Positions 42,691 through 53,599 are shown, counted from the first letter of the stretch. The stretch is 64,000 nucleotides of DNA from an uncultured Veillonellaceae bacterium (GCA_963805085.1 CAWDTA010000005.1:416001-480000), one strand, 5' to 3'. Numbers and translations: made by a program. Notes: generated by a model not told the origin, from the letters alone.

Positions 42691-43566
42691 TTAAGGAGCT
42701 TTGCTAAACATGTCTATAAAATGTCGTGCCGATGTTGATAGAGTATGATCTCGCATCCAAATAAGAGCGGTAGGCGTAGTTCTTATAGGCGGGTCGATAA
42801 TTTCCTTACATATAAGAGTATTGTCGGGCATAAGGTCTGTCGTAGATTTTGGTATGATAGCTATGCCAAAACCCGCATTTGCCCATGCCAACATGGAGCG
42901 AATGTCGCTATGTTGGCAACGAATACTTGGCTCTATACCGACTTGCTGATAATATTCCAAGATGGTTTTATGTTTGCGGTGTATGATTAGAGGTTTATCA
43001 GCGAGTTCTACTAAGCGTACGTGGTTTGTTGGAATGATATTTTTCAGGTCGGGACCCAAAGCGGCTACCAGTGGTTCGTCAAACAAACGTATTGTAGCAT
43101 ATGCTCTTAAATCGGAAGGAAATCGCGATATGGCGATTTCTACTTCTCTGTTGATCAAAAGCTCCTCGATTTTATTTGATTCACCCCCGCAGAGTTGAAC
43201 GTTGATTTTTGGATAATGTTTGCGAAAACCGCAAATTTGATCGAGTAGAAAAGGGGTATCCCAAGTTGATGAAATTCCAACAGATAATGTTTCTTGCGTC
43301 ATTTTAGTCGAATCTTTTAGTTCTGTTACAGTTTGGTCGACCAATGCTAGTATTTGCTCTGCTCGGTTACGTAATGTCTGTCCAGCGTCGGTCAACTTAA
43401 TTTTGTGGTGGTTGTTCCGTTCTATTAACTTGACCCCGAGTTCGGTTTCAAGCAGTTTAAGTTGCTGGCTGAGTGGCGGTTGAGCCATATGCAAACGTTT
43501 AGCTGCTTTGGTTATTTGCCCCTCTTCAGCAACTGCTAAGAAGTATTGAAGTTTCCTGATATCCAT
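42691..43566 (-). CDS. LysR family regulator
   Basis: ITKAAKRLHMAQPPLSQQLKLLE. Confidence 0.95.
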   Translation of the reverse strand: MDIRKLQYFLAVAEEGQITKAAKRLHMAQPPLSQQLKLLETELGVKLIERNNHHKIKLTDAGQTLRNRAEQILALVDQTVTELKDSTKMTQETLSVGISSTWDTPFLLDQICGFRKHYPKINVQLCGGESNKIEELLINREVEIAISRFPSDLRAYATIRLFDEPLVAALGPDLKNIIPTNHVRLVELADKPLIIHRKHKTILEYYQQVGIEPSIRCQHSDIRSMLAWANAGFGIAIIPKSTTDLMPDNTLICKEIIDPPIRTTPTALIWMRDHTLSTSARHFIDMFSKAP

Positions 43567-43751
43567 AAAACCAGCACTCCTCTTGCTATATCATACTTTT
43601 ATCATATAAAAGTAAAGACGTTATTAATATTATACATATTTAAGTACTTTTGCTACAATTATAACATAGTAATCCCAATAAAACCTATCGAAATACTAGG
43701 AGAATGGAGAGATTTAAATGCTGTGACTGTTTTGATAAATGAAAAACTAGG

Positions 43752-43830
43752 ATACGAGATAGTCTGGAGCATTAGATGCAGCTGCTCTCGCGGATTTATG
43801 TCGGACAAAAAATTACAAGGAGATGATTAA
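43752..43830 (+). pseudogene. Probable remnant of the 3' end of an Rrf2 (IscR/CymR) gene
   Basis: Across frameshifts reads IRDSL / ALDAAALADLCR / KKLQGDD*, abutting the nifS RBS. Confidence 0.5.
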
Positions 43831-43832
43831 CT

Positions 43833-45041
43833 TTGCAAAAAATTTATTTTGATCATTCTGCGACAACACCTGTTGACGGTGAAGTTGCTAAGTTAATATT
43901 GGAATATATGACGGATAAATTCGGTAATCCGTCCAGTGTTCACTGCTTTGGCCGTGAAGTAGCAAAAGCAGTTGAAAAAGCCAGAACACAAGTAGCTGGT
44001 TTAATCGGTGCCAATGCTAATGAAATATTTTTTACCGATGGTGGAACCGAGGCTGATAACTGGGCTATCAAAGGGATTGCCAGCGCCAATCGGAAAAAAG
44101 GTAATCATATCATTACTACCACTATTGAGCATCATGCTATATTGCACACTTGTGAGTATTTGGAAAAGTGGGGATTCGAAATTACTTATTTACCTGTTGA
44201 TGAATACGCCAGAGTAAGTATTGAAGATATAAAAAACGCAATTACTGATAAAACTATTTTGATAAGTGTGATGTTTGCCAATAATGAAGTTGGTACTCTT
44301 CAACCAATAAAGGAAATTGGCCAGTTAGCTCGTCAAAATAATATATATTTCCATACGGATGCAGTCCCGGCAGTTGGCAATTTTCCCGTTGATGTTAATG
44401 AATACAATATAGATTTATTGACGCTGTCAGGACATAAATTTCATGGACCCCAAGGCATAGGAGCATTATATATTCGTCGGGGTGTTAGAATTGAGGCTTT
44501 GCACCATGGGGGGGCACAAGAAAGAAAAATGCGTGCTGGAACAGAAAATGTTCCCGGTATAGTTGGGTTGGGAAAAGCCGCTGAAATAGCCAGAAGAGAT
44601 TTGGAAAAGAAAATTACTCATGTTCAGGTTTTGAGAGATAAATTGATTAAAGGTATTCAAGAGAAAATTTCTGATATTAAGCTAAACGGGCATCCGGAGA
44701 TGCGTTTACCTGGAAATGTTAATTTTTGTTTCTCATATGTTGAAGGTGAATCATTGCTGTTAAATCTTGATATTAAAGGGATCGCTGCATCTACTGGTTC
44801 AGCCTGCGCATCTGGGTCGCTTGATCCATCGCATGTTCTTTTAGCTATGGGTTTAAGCCATGAAGTAGCTCAGGGATCATTAAGAATTACATTAGGTCGT
44901 GCTAATACGGAAGCAGATATAAATTATTGTTTGGAAGTGCTACCGGAAATTGTTGGACGACTGCGTAGCATGTCACCGCTGAGTGCTTTTAGTAAAATCA
45001 GCGAATCCAATTCGTGCAACTGTTGCAGCCATGATAAATGA
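43833..45041 (+). CDS. nifS: Cysteine desulfurase (NifS/IscS type)
   Basis: YFDHSATTP, SGHKFHGP, STGSACASG. Confidence 0.95.
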   Translation: MQKIYFDHSATTPVDGEVAKLILEYMTDKFGNPSSVHCFGREVAKAVEKARTQVAGLIGANANEIFFTDGGTEADNWAIKGIASANRKKGNHIITTTIEHHAILHTCEYLEKWGFEITYLPVDEYARVSIEDIKNAITDKTILISVMFANNEVGTLQPIKEIGQLARQNNIYFHTDAVPAVGNFPVDVNEYNIDLLTLSGHKFHGPQGIGALYIRRGVRIEALHHGGAQERKMRAGTENVPGIVGLGKAAEIARRDLEKKITHVQVLRDKLIKGIQEKISDIKLNGHPEMRLPGNVNFCFSYVEGESLLLNLDIKGIAASTGSACASGSLDPSHVLLAMGLSHEVAQGSLRITLGRANTEADINYCLEVLPEIVGRLRSMSPLSAFSKISESNSCNCCSHDK

Positions 45042-45061
45042 AATGAAGGGAGAAACTATGT

Positions 45062-45436
45062 ATGTTGTATTCCGATAAAGTAATGGATCACTTTGCCAAT
45101 CCTCGCAATGTTGGTGAGATAGAAGACGCTGATGGGGTCGGAGAAGTTGGCAATCCTCAATGTGGCGATATTATGAGGTTTTATTTGAAGGTAGAAGATG
45201 GCATTATTCAAGATGCTAAATTTAAGACTTTTGGCTGTGGAGCTGCTATAGCTACCAGTAGTATGGTAACTGAAATGGTTAAGGGAAAAACGTTGTCTGA
45301 AGCTCGAAATATTTCTAATGAAGCAGTAGCAGAAGCATTGGATGGCTTACCACCGATTAAGATGCACTGCTCTAATTTAGCGGCGGATGCTTTGCATGAA
45401 GCGATTAAAAACTATACGCAAAAAAACAACGCTTAA
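45062..45436 (+). CDS. nifU: Fe-S scaffold protein (NifU-N/IscU)
   Basis: NPRNVG, NPQCGD, FGCGAAIA, LPPIKMHCS. Confidence 0.95.
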   Translation: MLYSDKVMDHFANPRNVGEIEDADGVGEVGNPQCGDIMRFYLKVEDGIIQDAKFKTFGCGAAIATSSMVTEMVKGKTLSEARNISNEAVAEALDGLPPIKMHCSNLAADALHEAIKNYTQKNNA

Positions 45437-45935
45437 TATAATTATCGAACTTAAGTAGTTATGGAAGTAGATGATTAGATAAAACAAAGTTTAGATTAAC
45501 TTGAATATGCTGACCTAGCCTTTTTATTCTTGGATATACTTATATTCAAAAACAAAAAGCATTCGATTAGGGGCATAACTATTCAAATCTTATATGAGAC
45601 TAATATTTAAAAATTATAAATTTGCTTGCAGATCACTAGTGATGGAATATATTATATTGAAAATGTATATTTGCATAAACGAATGAGTTCATTCATGTAA
45701 AATCAAAAAAACTTAGTGTGAGTAAACCTAATTTTGCTAGCATAAATCAAGGAATTTCAGTCATCTTAGACGAATTTTATAAATGATACAATTCAAACTC
45801 CTACCAAATTTTATATTTAATTTGGCAGGAGTTTTGTAATTTAATGGGAATTATATAAATTGGAAGAATGCATACATAGAGAATAGATTAGTGGAATTAT
45901 CTACGTGATTATTTAATAAAGAGGGGGAAATAAAC

Positions 45936-47384
45936 ATGCGGTCTATTCAAAAACTAATTCGAATAGAAACAGTGATGGCTACCTGTAACGAGAATGCAAG
46001 AGAAACAGAAGTGGCTAAGGATGAAATTGATATTTCTAACCTAGAAGAATGTATTGAAGATGTTAGAAAAGCGGTACTCTCTAATCTTCAAGCTCCAGAG
46101 GATCCAACTGATTATGACCAGTTAAGAGGCAGACTAGAAGCCGTAAAAGAAAAGTTTCCAGCTCGTTATATCAAAGCAGTAGTAGAGCCATTTATTCAAA
46201 TACTAGGGAAACTAGGTCGGCGAGGCTTTATAGGAATACTTTTGCGAGATCGCGAACGAAACAATATTGCAAGATTAATGCTAGATATTGCCCAGGCCAT
46301 TCTACAAAAAGGAGAAGGATACAACTCCTTAGCTACAGATGGATTTCAAGAAGTAGTTAGTGACCTGTATGATGGTTTTTTAAGTGCAGAAGGTAGAGCT
46401 GGGGTAAATCCACCTGATTTAAGTGTAATTCCTGCTCTTGTAAAATGGGGTGCTCCTGAGAATGGGCCATATACGTGGCCGATAGATGCAACCTCCAATT
46501 TTGGATTAGAAGTTGCCATTGTAAGTGTACCACCAATCCATGCGACTAATGGTCTTTTGGCTTGGTCGAGTATCCCACATGAAGTCTGCGGGCATGATAT
46601 TATTCATGCTGACATTGGTTTGAGGGAACAATTAATCGAGGCTGTAAAAAATGCGTTAATTGAAAAAAGCATTGGGGATGGCTTGCCTGAATATTGGTCT
46701 TCTCGAATTGATGAAACTGCGTCAGATGTTATGGGGATTCTTAATTTAGGACCTGCGGCAGCAATTGGGGTCATCGGATATTTTCGTGGGATGAATGCAG
46801 CGTATACTGGAGAAGCAAAGTTAAGAAATAATGGTCCAGCGAAAGATCCACATCCTGCTGATATTCTTAGGGGATATTTAGGAGCGTATGCAACAGGACT
46901 CCTTGCGTTTGATCAAGCGGGAGACTGGGAGAAGATCATCGAAGCCGAAACGGAGAAAGATTTGTCATCAATTAAACTAGAAGGAAATGATATTGATACA
47001 GACATTGCAAAAACATCGGCAAGAATTGTTGCCAATACGATTATGAAAACAAAACTTAAATGTCTAGAAAATCATAGTTTGGATCAAATTCGTAATTGGG
47101 GAAATGTAGATGAGTTTATCTCAAAATTTCTCCGCACATTACTAAAAACTAACAACCCTTTGACCGAAGAATATAGATCAGGTTTTTATGCTGCCCATGT
47201 GGTCGCCGCTGCAGTTATCGAATCGCTTTCTAAAGATGCAGATATTGACATTATTTTTAATAGAATGGTTGCTTTGTTGAAAATAATGCACGATACCAAT
47301 CCTGCTTGGGGTCCTTTGTTTGTAAATCACTCTGGAGATATTGCTAGGCATATGATTTATTACCCAACCGGATCAGACAAGTAA
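45936..47384 (+). CDS. Unknown protein with zincin-like motifs
   Basis: 482-aa ORF with RBS; HEVCGH, DETASD, DPHP. Confidence 0.75.
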   Translation: MRSIQKLIRIETVMATCNENARETEVAKDEIDISNLEECIEDVRKAVLSNLQAPEDPTDYDQLRGRLEAVKEKFPARYIKAVVEPFIQILGKLGRRGFIGILLRDRERNNIARLMLDIAQAILQKGEGYNSLATDGFQEVVSDLYDGFLSAEGRAGVNPPDLSVIPALVKWGAPENGPYTWPIDATSNFGLEVAIVSVPPIHATNGLLAWSSIPHEVCGHDIIHADIGLREQLIEAVKNALIEKSIGDGLPEYWSSRIDETASDVMGILNLGPAAAIGVIGYFRGMNAAYTGEAKLRNNGPAKDPHPADILRGYLGAYATGLLAFDQAGDWEKIIEAETEKDLSSIKLEGNDIDTDIAKTSARIVANTIMKTKLKCLENHSLDQIRNWGNVDEFISKFLRTLLKTNNPLTEEYRSGFYAAHVVAAAVIESLSKDADIDIIFNRMVALLKIMHDTNPAWGPLFVNHSGDIARHMIYYPTGSDK

Positions 47385-47431
47385 TAAGATAATAAATAGT
47401 ATTAATTGTCTGGCGAAAGGAGCTTTCTGAG

Positions 47432-50230
47432 ATGGGGGGCAGTATCAGCCAAAATTTTGAGGATTACTACAGTAAAAAACGTGACAGACTTTTGCATACG
47501 AAAGAACGGCAAAGGTTAGAAGCGTATACAAATTATTTAAATAATATTGAGGATAAAGAGCAAAAAGATTGGCGAAAATGGGGCTGCTATTTAAGTGAGC
47601 GTCAATGGGGAACGGTCAGGGAAAATTATAATATTGTAGATTTGTCTTGGGGAGATGGCGGTCAACCCGCCACATTTCCAAGAGAGCAAGCTTTACATCG
47701 TACTTATCGATGGGGCGAAGATGGTATTGCTGGTATTTCAGATGATCATCAGTTTCTATGTTTTGCTTTGACCTTGTGGAATGGCGAAGACCCTTGCCTC
47801 AAAGAGCGTTTATATGGTTTGACCAATGGGGAGGGCAATCATGGGGAAGATGTCAAGGAATACTATTTCTACCTTGATAATACGCCTACCCATTCTTATA
47901 TGAAATATCTGTATAAATACCCTTATACTTATCCATATGATGAACTATACAACCAGAGAAATAGCATGAATCCTTATGAATTTGAACTTGTTAACACTGG
48001 CGCTTTTTCCGAAAATCGTTATTTTGATGTAACCGTTGAATATGCTAAAAATGATGTCGAAGATATTTGCATTAAGATTACTGCAACAAATTGTGGGGCA
48101 GAGCAGAAGACGCTACACCTATTTCCAACAGTGTGGTTTAGAAATACATGGTCCTTTAGGAATAGCATTTATGAAAAAACTTTGACTTATACTGATGAAA
48201 ATGACGGTGGCATTAAAATAGAGCAAAAAGATACTGTAAGCGACACAATTGTATCGCAAATGTGGCTGTATACGCAGGGAGATATGAAAGATGTTTTGTT
48301 TACAGAAAATGAGACCGATAAGCAAGCGGCTTTTAGAACTTCAAATGACGGTCGGAACTATTTAAAGAATGGTATCAATCATTACATTTTTGGTAAATAT
48401 AAAGATAAAAAAAATGATGTTGAATTGGCGCAGCTTATTAATCCCAGAAAACAGGGGACTAAAGCAGCTGTTCATTATGAACTGGATCTACATCCGGAGG
48501 AGTCAAAAACCGTATGCTTACGACTTGCCAACGTAGAGTTGAATCAACCCTTTGCTCAGTTTCATTTTATATTTGACAGTCGCATGAAAGAAGCTGATGA
48601 TTTTTATGATGCGATATGTCCATACAATAGGAACGGCGATGAGGAAGAAAAAGAGTTATATAATATTCAGCGTCAAGCTTTTTCAGGAATGCTTTGGAAT
48701 AAACAATTCTATTATTTTGTGGTTGATGAATGGCTGAAAGGTGATCCTAGACAACCGCCTCCGTCAGAGGAGCATAAAAATGATGCTAAGCTGCACGACT
48801 GGCGGCATTTATACTGTAAAGATATCTTATTAATGCCTGATAAGTGGGAATACCCCTGGTTTGCTTCATGGGATCTGGCGTTTCATGCTGTTACGATCGC
48901 TATTATTGATCCTGAATTTGCCAAACAACAGCTTTTGTTAGTGGTGATGGAATGGTATATGCATCCGAATGGTCAGATTCCAGCCTATGAGTGGAATTTT
49001 AATAATATCAATCCACCTGTACATGCTTGGGCGGCACTAAGTGTATATCAACAGGAAAAATTAATTTACGGCAAAGCAGATCAGCAATTTTTGGAACGTG
49101 TCTTTGATAAATTAAATATGAATTTTACGCACTGGGTCAATAAAGAAGACTCTGAAGGGAATAATCTCTTCACGGGCGGATTCTTAGGCCTTGATAATAT
49201 TCGTATTATGGAGTGTGATCCAGAAGGAGCGCCGCTCGAACAGGCAGATGCAACTGCTTGGATGGCCATGTTTTGCCTTAATATGATGAAGATTGCAAAG
49301 GAATTGAAAAAGGATGATGTTGAACGAAAATACCTGCAACACTTTATTTATATTTGTGATGCAATGAATCATATTGGCGATGATGGCTTATGGGATGAAG
49401 ATGCTGGTTTTTTCTTTGATAGTACTAAAAAATATGGTCGTTTACCGATTTATTCTGCAGTAGGTTTGATTCCATTATTTGTGATCCAAGGAGTATACAC
49501 TACTATTACAGAAATCGATTATTCTGAGTCCTTTTACAAATTCAATGGTACTTTACGCTGGTTTATAAAAAATCGACCTGATCTCATGAAAGAAAATTTC
49601 CATTTTAATATTGAAAATTCTTATGGGATAGAAGAGAATGGCAATACTATTTTGGAAGGCTTCATTTCTATGGTAAGTAAAGAACAACTTCGCAGAATCT
49701 TGGAAAAAGTATTGGATAGCAATAAATTTTTAAGTGAATTTGGTATTCGTTCTCTTTCTAAAGATACCAACTATATTTGGTATGGAAAGAATATCTGCTA
49801 TGAGCCTGCTGAGTCAAACAAAGTAAAACTAATGGGGGGGAACTCAAACTGGCGTGGTCCGATATGGTTTCCGATCAATTATTTACTTATTGAATCTTTA
49901 CGAAAGTTCTATTGCTATTTAGGTGATGATTATAAAGTAAATTATACTGCGATACATGAGCAAAAGAACTTAAAAGAAGTTTGTGATGATCTGTCAGATC
50001 GTCTCATCAATATTTTTCGTAAAGATATCACTGGAAAACGACCGATCTATGGAGGACAAGAGTTGTTTTCTAGAACGGGGTGGGCTGATTTTATCCTGTT
50101 CTATGAATATTTTCATGGAGATAGCGGAGCAGGACTTGGGGCTAGTCACCAGACAGGCTGGACTGGGCTTATCGCGAATATTATCCAAACTAGAGGTGCT
50201 GAGAGCGTCGGATCGAAGAAAAAAATATAA
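47432..50230 (+). CDS. MGH1-like glycoside hydrolase (GH63-related)
   Basis: LSERQWGTVRE, MPDKWEYPWFASWDLAF, GGFLGLDNI, NSNWRGPIW, GLGASHQTGWT. Confidence 0.9.
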   Translation: MGGSISQNFEDYYSKKRDRLLHTKERQRLEAYTNYLNNIEDKEQKDWRKWGCYLSERQWGTVRENYNIVDLSWGDGGQPATFPREQALHRTYRWGEDGIAGISDDHQFLCFALTLWNGEDPCLKERLYGLTNGEGNHGEDVKEYYFYLDNTPTHSYMKYLYKYPYTYPYDELYNQRNSMNPYEFELVNTGAFSENRYFDVTVEYAKNDVEDICIKITATNCGAEQKTLHLFPTVWFRNTWSFRNSIYEKTLTYTDENDGGIKIEQKDTVSDTIVSQMWLYTQGDMKDVLFTENETDKQAAFRTSNDGRNYLKNGINHYIFGKYKDKKNDVELAQLINPRKQGTKAAVHYELDLHPEESKTVCLRLANVELNQPFAQFHFIFDSRMKEADDFYDAICPYNRNGDEEEKELYNIQRQAFSGMLWNKQFYYFVVDEWLKGDPRQPPPSEEHKNDAKLHDWRHLYCKDILLMPDKWEYPWFASWDLAFHAVTIAIIDPEFAKQQLLLVVMEWYMHPNGQIPAYEWNFNNINPPVHAWAALSVYQQEKLIYGKADQQFLERVFDKLNMNFTHWVNKEDSEGNNLFTGGFLGLDNIRIMECDPEGAPLEQADATAWMAMFCLNMMKIAKELKKDDVERKYLQHFIYICDAMNHIGDDGLWDEDAGFFFDSTKKYGRLPIYSAVGLIPLFVIQGVYTTITEIDYSESFYKFNGTLRWFIKNRPDLMKENFHFNIENSYGIEENGNTILEGFISMVSKEQLRRILEKVLDSNKFLSEFGIRSLSKDTNYIWYGKNICYEPAESNKVKLMGGNSNWRGPIWFPINYLLIESLRKFYCYLGDDYKVNYTAIHEQKNLKEVCDDLSDRLINIFRKDITGKRPIYGGQELFSRTGWADFILFYEYFHGDSGAGLGASHQTGWTGLIANIIQTRGAESVGSKKKI

Positions 50231-50358
50231 TTTACTTGCAAAAATAGGTAGAAATGATATTATAGTAATAACAGTTATCCATACATAATCAATTTCTAGA
50301 TGATTATAAAATATGGAAATTATGTTATATTTAAACATTACAAAGGAGATGGTTAGTC

Positions 50359-50871
50359 ATGATTAATAAAAGAATGCAAGATGCAATCAATGAACAAATT
50401 AAGTTTGAAATTTATTCTGCTAATTTGTATTTATCCATGTCTGCCTATATTGAAGGAAAAAATTTAAAGGGAATTGCACATTGGTTGAGAGTTCAGTATG
50501 AGGAAGAAACTTTTCATGCTTTAAAGCTATATGATTATTTGAAAAATCGTGAAGGCCAAGTAATTTTACAGAGTATTGGTGCACCGCCAAGTGAATTTGG
50601 TACACCGCTAGAAACTTTCCAGAAGGTTCTAGAACATGAACAGCATGTTACCGCAGCGATCAACAATCTTTATAAAGTGGCAATAGAAGAGAATGACTTT
50701 GCGGCACAAATTTTCTTGCAATGGTATGTCAATGAGCAGATGGAAGAAGAGGCTAATGCTTCAGATGTCATCGGTAAAATGAAGCTAATTGGTGATCGAG
50801 GTGTGGATCTTTTGTATTTGGATACTGAACTTGCTACAAGAGTTTTTGTGCCACCGGCAGCAACTGTATAA
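50359..50871 (+). CDS. ftnA: Non-haem ferritin
   Basis: EIYSANLYLSM, QYEEETFHA, HEQHVT, LQWYVNEQMEEE. Confidence 0.93.
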   Translation: MINKRMQDAINEQIKFEIYSANLYLSMSAYIEGKNLKGIAHWLRVQYEEETFHALKLYDYLKNREGQVILQSIGAPPSEFGTPLETFQKVLEHEQHVTAAINNLYKVAIEENDFAAQIFLQWYVNEQMEEEANASDVIGKMKLIGDRGVDLLYLDTELATRVFVPPAATV

Positions 50872-51038
50872 GATAAATATAAATGTTCTTGGAAACGATA
50901 GTTTAGCAATATAGATTTAAGTATAAAAAGGTATCGGTGTAATGCTGATACCTTTTTTATTTTCATTCGCCGTATAGAAAATAAAAAGCTCCTACTATCG
51001 GAAGTTTAATCCAATAGTAGGAGCTTGAGTTCTTTATA

Positions 51039-51374
51039 TTACCATTTTTCCTTGCCAATATGATTTTCAATTTCAGCTTTACAAAGTTGTTTAATGATAT
51101 AACCTTTATCAACAGCCTTCTGAAAAGCACTGACACAACCTGGATCAAGATCTAAATCGATCCCTTCATTCGCTAAATAGATAACCTTATCAATCAAGGT
51201 TATGATTTCCATATGGATGTCATTGGTTACTTCTGATTGATAAATTTTGTCGGCACTTTCTTCCGGCAATTCTTTAAATTTTTCATGGGGTTGTCCACAT
51301 TTAGGACAAACATCGGGAGCATTTTCTCCTTCATAAACGAAGTTACATACACTACATTTAAATAGTTTTTCCAT
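51039..51374 (-). CDS. Rubredoxin-like domain protein
   Basis: CSVC...CPKC plus helical tail (DLDPGC, KAEIENH...KW). Confidence 0.85.
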   Translation of the reverse strand: MEKLFKCSVCNFVYEGENAPDVCPKCGQPHEKFKELPEESADKIYQSEVTNDIHMEIITLIDKVIYLANEGIDLDLDPGCVSAFQKAVDKGYIIKQLCKAEIENHIGKEKW

Positions 51375-51528
51375 AAATAACAGCTCCTTTTTTATAATTA
51401 CCGCTAATGTTATTTCGTATAACATTATAATTTACAAATACGCCAAGAAATATATATTTCCTGCAAGAAAATATAAAATTTTACCATAATCATATATTAA
51501 GTTTGTGTAAATTTGTTAGGAAATATTC

Positions 51529-52587
51529 TTACAACCATTGTTTCTTTCTAAAAAATCTAATCATACCTAATACAATGATTAGCATAATAAACAGAATGGC
51601 TGGGTAACCATAATCCCAATCTAGCTCTGGCATATTTTTAAAGTTCATTCCTTCTAAGCCTGCCAAAAAAGTTAAAGGGATAAAAATTGTAGAAATAATC
51701 GTTAGTACCTTCATGACTTCATTCATACGGTTGCTGACGCTAGATAAATAGATATCCATCAGACCACTGACCATTTCACGATAAGTTTCCACTGTATCAA
51801 TAACTTGTATCGCATGATCATATACATCACGAATATAAAGGTGTGTCTCTGCTTGGAAAATCTCAGAATCCCCTCGCCCGAGACTATTGATGACTTCACG
51901 TAATGGCCATACGGCCTTACGAATAAATAAGAGGTCGGTGCGTAAGCCTTGAATTTTATGAATATGGTTTGGATTAGCGTCTAGCATAACACTTTCTTCT
52001 AAAAGTTCGATCTGCTCACCAATATGTTCTAATGCAATAAAATAATTATCAACAATCATATCAATGAGTGCATAACCAAGATAATCAGCCCCCGTTTTGC
52101 GGATTTTTCCTTTTCCAGCCCTTAAACGATTGCGAACCGGCTCAAAAACATTGAAATTGTTTTCTAGAAAAGAAATAACATAGTTTTTGCCAATAATCAA
52201 AGAAATCTGTTCAATTAATAATTCATCTTCTTGAATTCGAATGTTTTTCATGATTAAAAATAAATATTCCCCATAGTCTTCAAGTTTAGGACGATGCGTA
52301 GTATTGAGCATGTCTTCTAATACCAGATTGTGAATATTAAATAGTTTACCAATTTTATCTAAAGTTTCTATCTGGCTGGCACCGACAATGTCAATCCAGG
52401 TAATTGTATCTTCTCGTTTGAATGGCACTAACTCTTCTAGTCGATGAATATCATTTTCATAAAATCCGTCGGAGCTAAAATCAATAATTCGAATTTTGGT
52501 TTCAACGGATGGGTCAAAACCATATCTTACTAAACTTCCGGGTGGTAAACCGGCTTTTTTTGTTGAATGCCGAGTGTGTTTTTTCAT
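51529..52587 (-). CDS. corA: Mg/Co transporter CorA
   Basis: KAGLPPG, HRPKLE, GMNF, MPEL. Confidence 0.95.
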   Translation of the reverse strand: MKKHTRHSTKKAGLPPGSLVRYGFDPSVETKIRIIDFSSDGFYENDIHRLEELVPFKREDTITWIDIVGASQIETLDKIGKLFNIHNLVLEDMLNTTHRPKLEDYGEYLFLIMKNIRIQEDELLIEQISLIIGKNYVISFLENNFNVFEPVRNRLRAGKGKIRKTGADYLGYALIDMIVDNYFIALEHIGEQIELLEESVMLDANPNHIHKIQGLRTDLLFIRKAVWPLREVINSLGRGDSEIFQAETHLYIRDVYDHAIQVIDTVETYREMVSGLMDIYLSSVSNRMNEVMKVLTIISTIFIPLTFLAGLEGMNFKNMPELDWDYGYPAILFIMLIIVLGMIRFFRKKQWL

Positions 52588-52785
52588 ATCATTGCCTCGT
52601 TTCTAGAATCACAGTTGAGCGTTAGTCAATTGGTGGATATTGACTCATATGTAACATTATAAGCAATATATAATGTGATGGAAAGTATTTTAAAAAGCTC
52701 CAGTCAAATTAAAAATATTTGACTGGAGCTTTATTTTTGTTTTTACAAAGATTCGTCAAAAGTAACAATAAGCATTGTCAAACAA

Positions 52786-53097
52786 TTAATGTCTTTTATC
52801 GTGTTGACTAAAGCATTCTCGACAATATACTGGTCGGTCACCACTAGGACGGAATGGAACTTCCGTTTCTTTACCGCAAGCTGAACATGTCACTGTATGC
52901 ATTTCACGCTGAGGACGGTCATTGCCTCGACTATATCCACCACTTCTATCATTACTTTGTTTTCGTGCAGCTCTACAGCTTGGGCAACGTCCAGGTTCAT
53001 TGGTGAAGCCCTTTTCAGCGAAAAAATCCTGCTCAGATGCACTAAAAGTAAATGGGGTGTTACAATCGCGACAAGTTAGTTCTTTGTCTTGACTCAT
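52786..53097 (-). CDS. Double zinc-ribbon protein (CxxC-x17-CxxC family)
   Basis: CRDC...EQDFFAEKGF..EPGRCPSC; CSAC..VPFRP...PVYCREC; AGGAGG RBS. Confidence 0.9.
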   Translation of the reverse strand: MSQDKELTCRDCNTPFTFSASEQDFFAEKGFTNEPGRCPSCRAARKQSNDRSGGYSRGNDRPQREMHTVTCSACGKETEVPFRPSGDRPVYCRECFSQHDKRH

Positions 53098-53278
53098 AAT
53101 AGATACCTCCTGTGAATTGTTAAATGATATTTTTGTAATATTAAATTTTCTCACTAGATATCATTTGCAAAATAAATGATAAAATACCTTGAAGATAATG
53201 ACAGTACCAATGACACCATGAAAGCTGTAGCGGGCAAAATGCTCAGTTTTCATGGTGTTACACTTAAGGCTCTTAATT

Positions 53279-53458
53279 TTATTTATACTGAGGATTGGTT
53301 TGATTTTTTTCTCGGTATTTGGCTTGCTGTTGTCGTTGCTTTGCAAGTTTTGCATTATCAATAGGTTGAATCTTATCACCAAAACTATCCATCAATAACT
53401 TTTCAACTTCTTGTGGTGTTAACGTGTAATTTTTTGCTTCCTTCCAATCTTGTCCCAT
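53279..53458 (-). CDS. Small hypothetical protein (59 aa), absent from the ORF track
   Basis: GAAGGGA RBS then MGQDWKEAKNYTLTPQEVEKLLMDSFG...QYK*. Confidence 0.6.
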   Translation of the reverse strand: MGQDWKEAKNYTLTPQEVEKLLMDSFGDKIQPIDNAKLAKQRQQQAKYREKNQTNPQYK

Positions 53459-53599
53459 GGTACCATCCCTTCTAAAATGAGTTGTTTCTTCTTAAACAAC
53501 GCCAATGTTAAGTCAACTATTTTCTAATATGCCCATTATAAAACTTTTTATAGTAATTAAATGTTTAGAATCAATATTGATTGCTATGGGGCAATACAT

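Noticed and set aside
47432-47452. MGGSIS N-myristoylation-like start of the GH63 protein
   Set aside because: A short motif likely by chance; no evidence of delivery to a eukaryotic host.
53176-53364. 62-aa plus-strand ORF
   Set aside because: No RBS; overlaps a better-supported minus-strand ORF and a hairpin.
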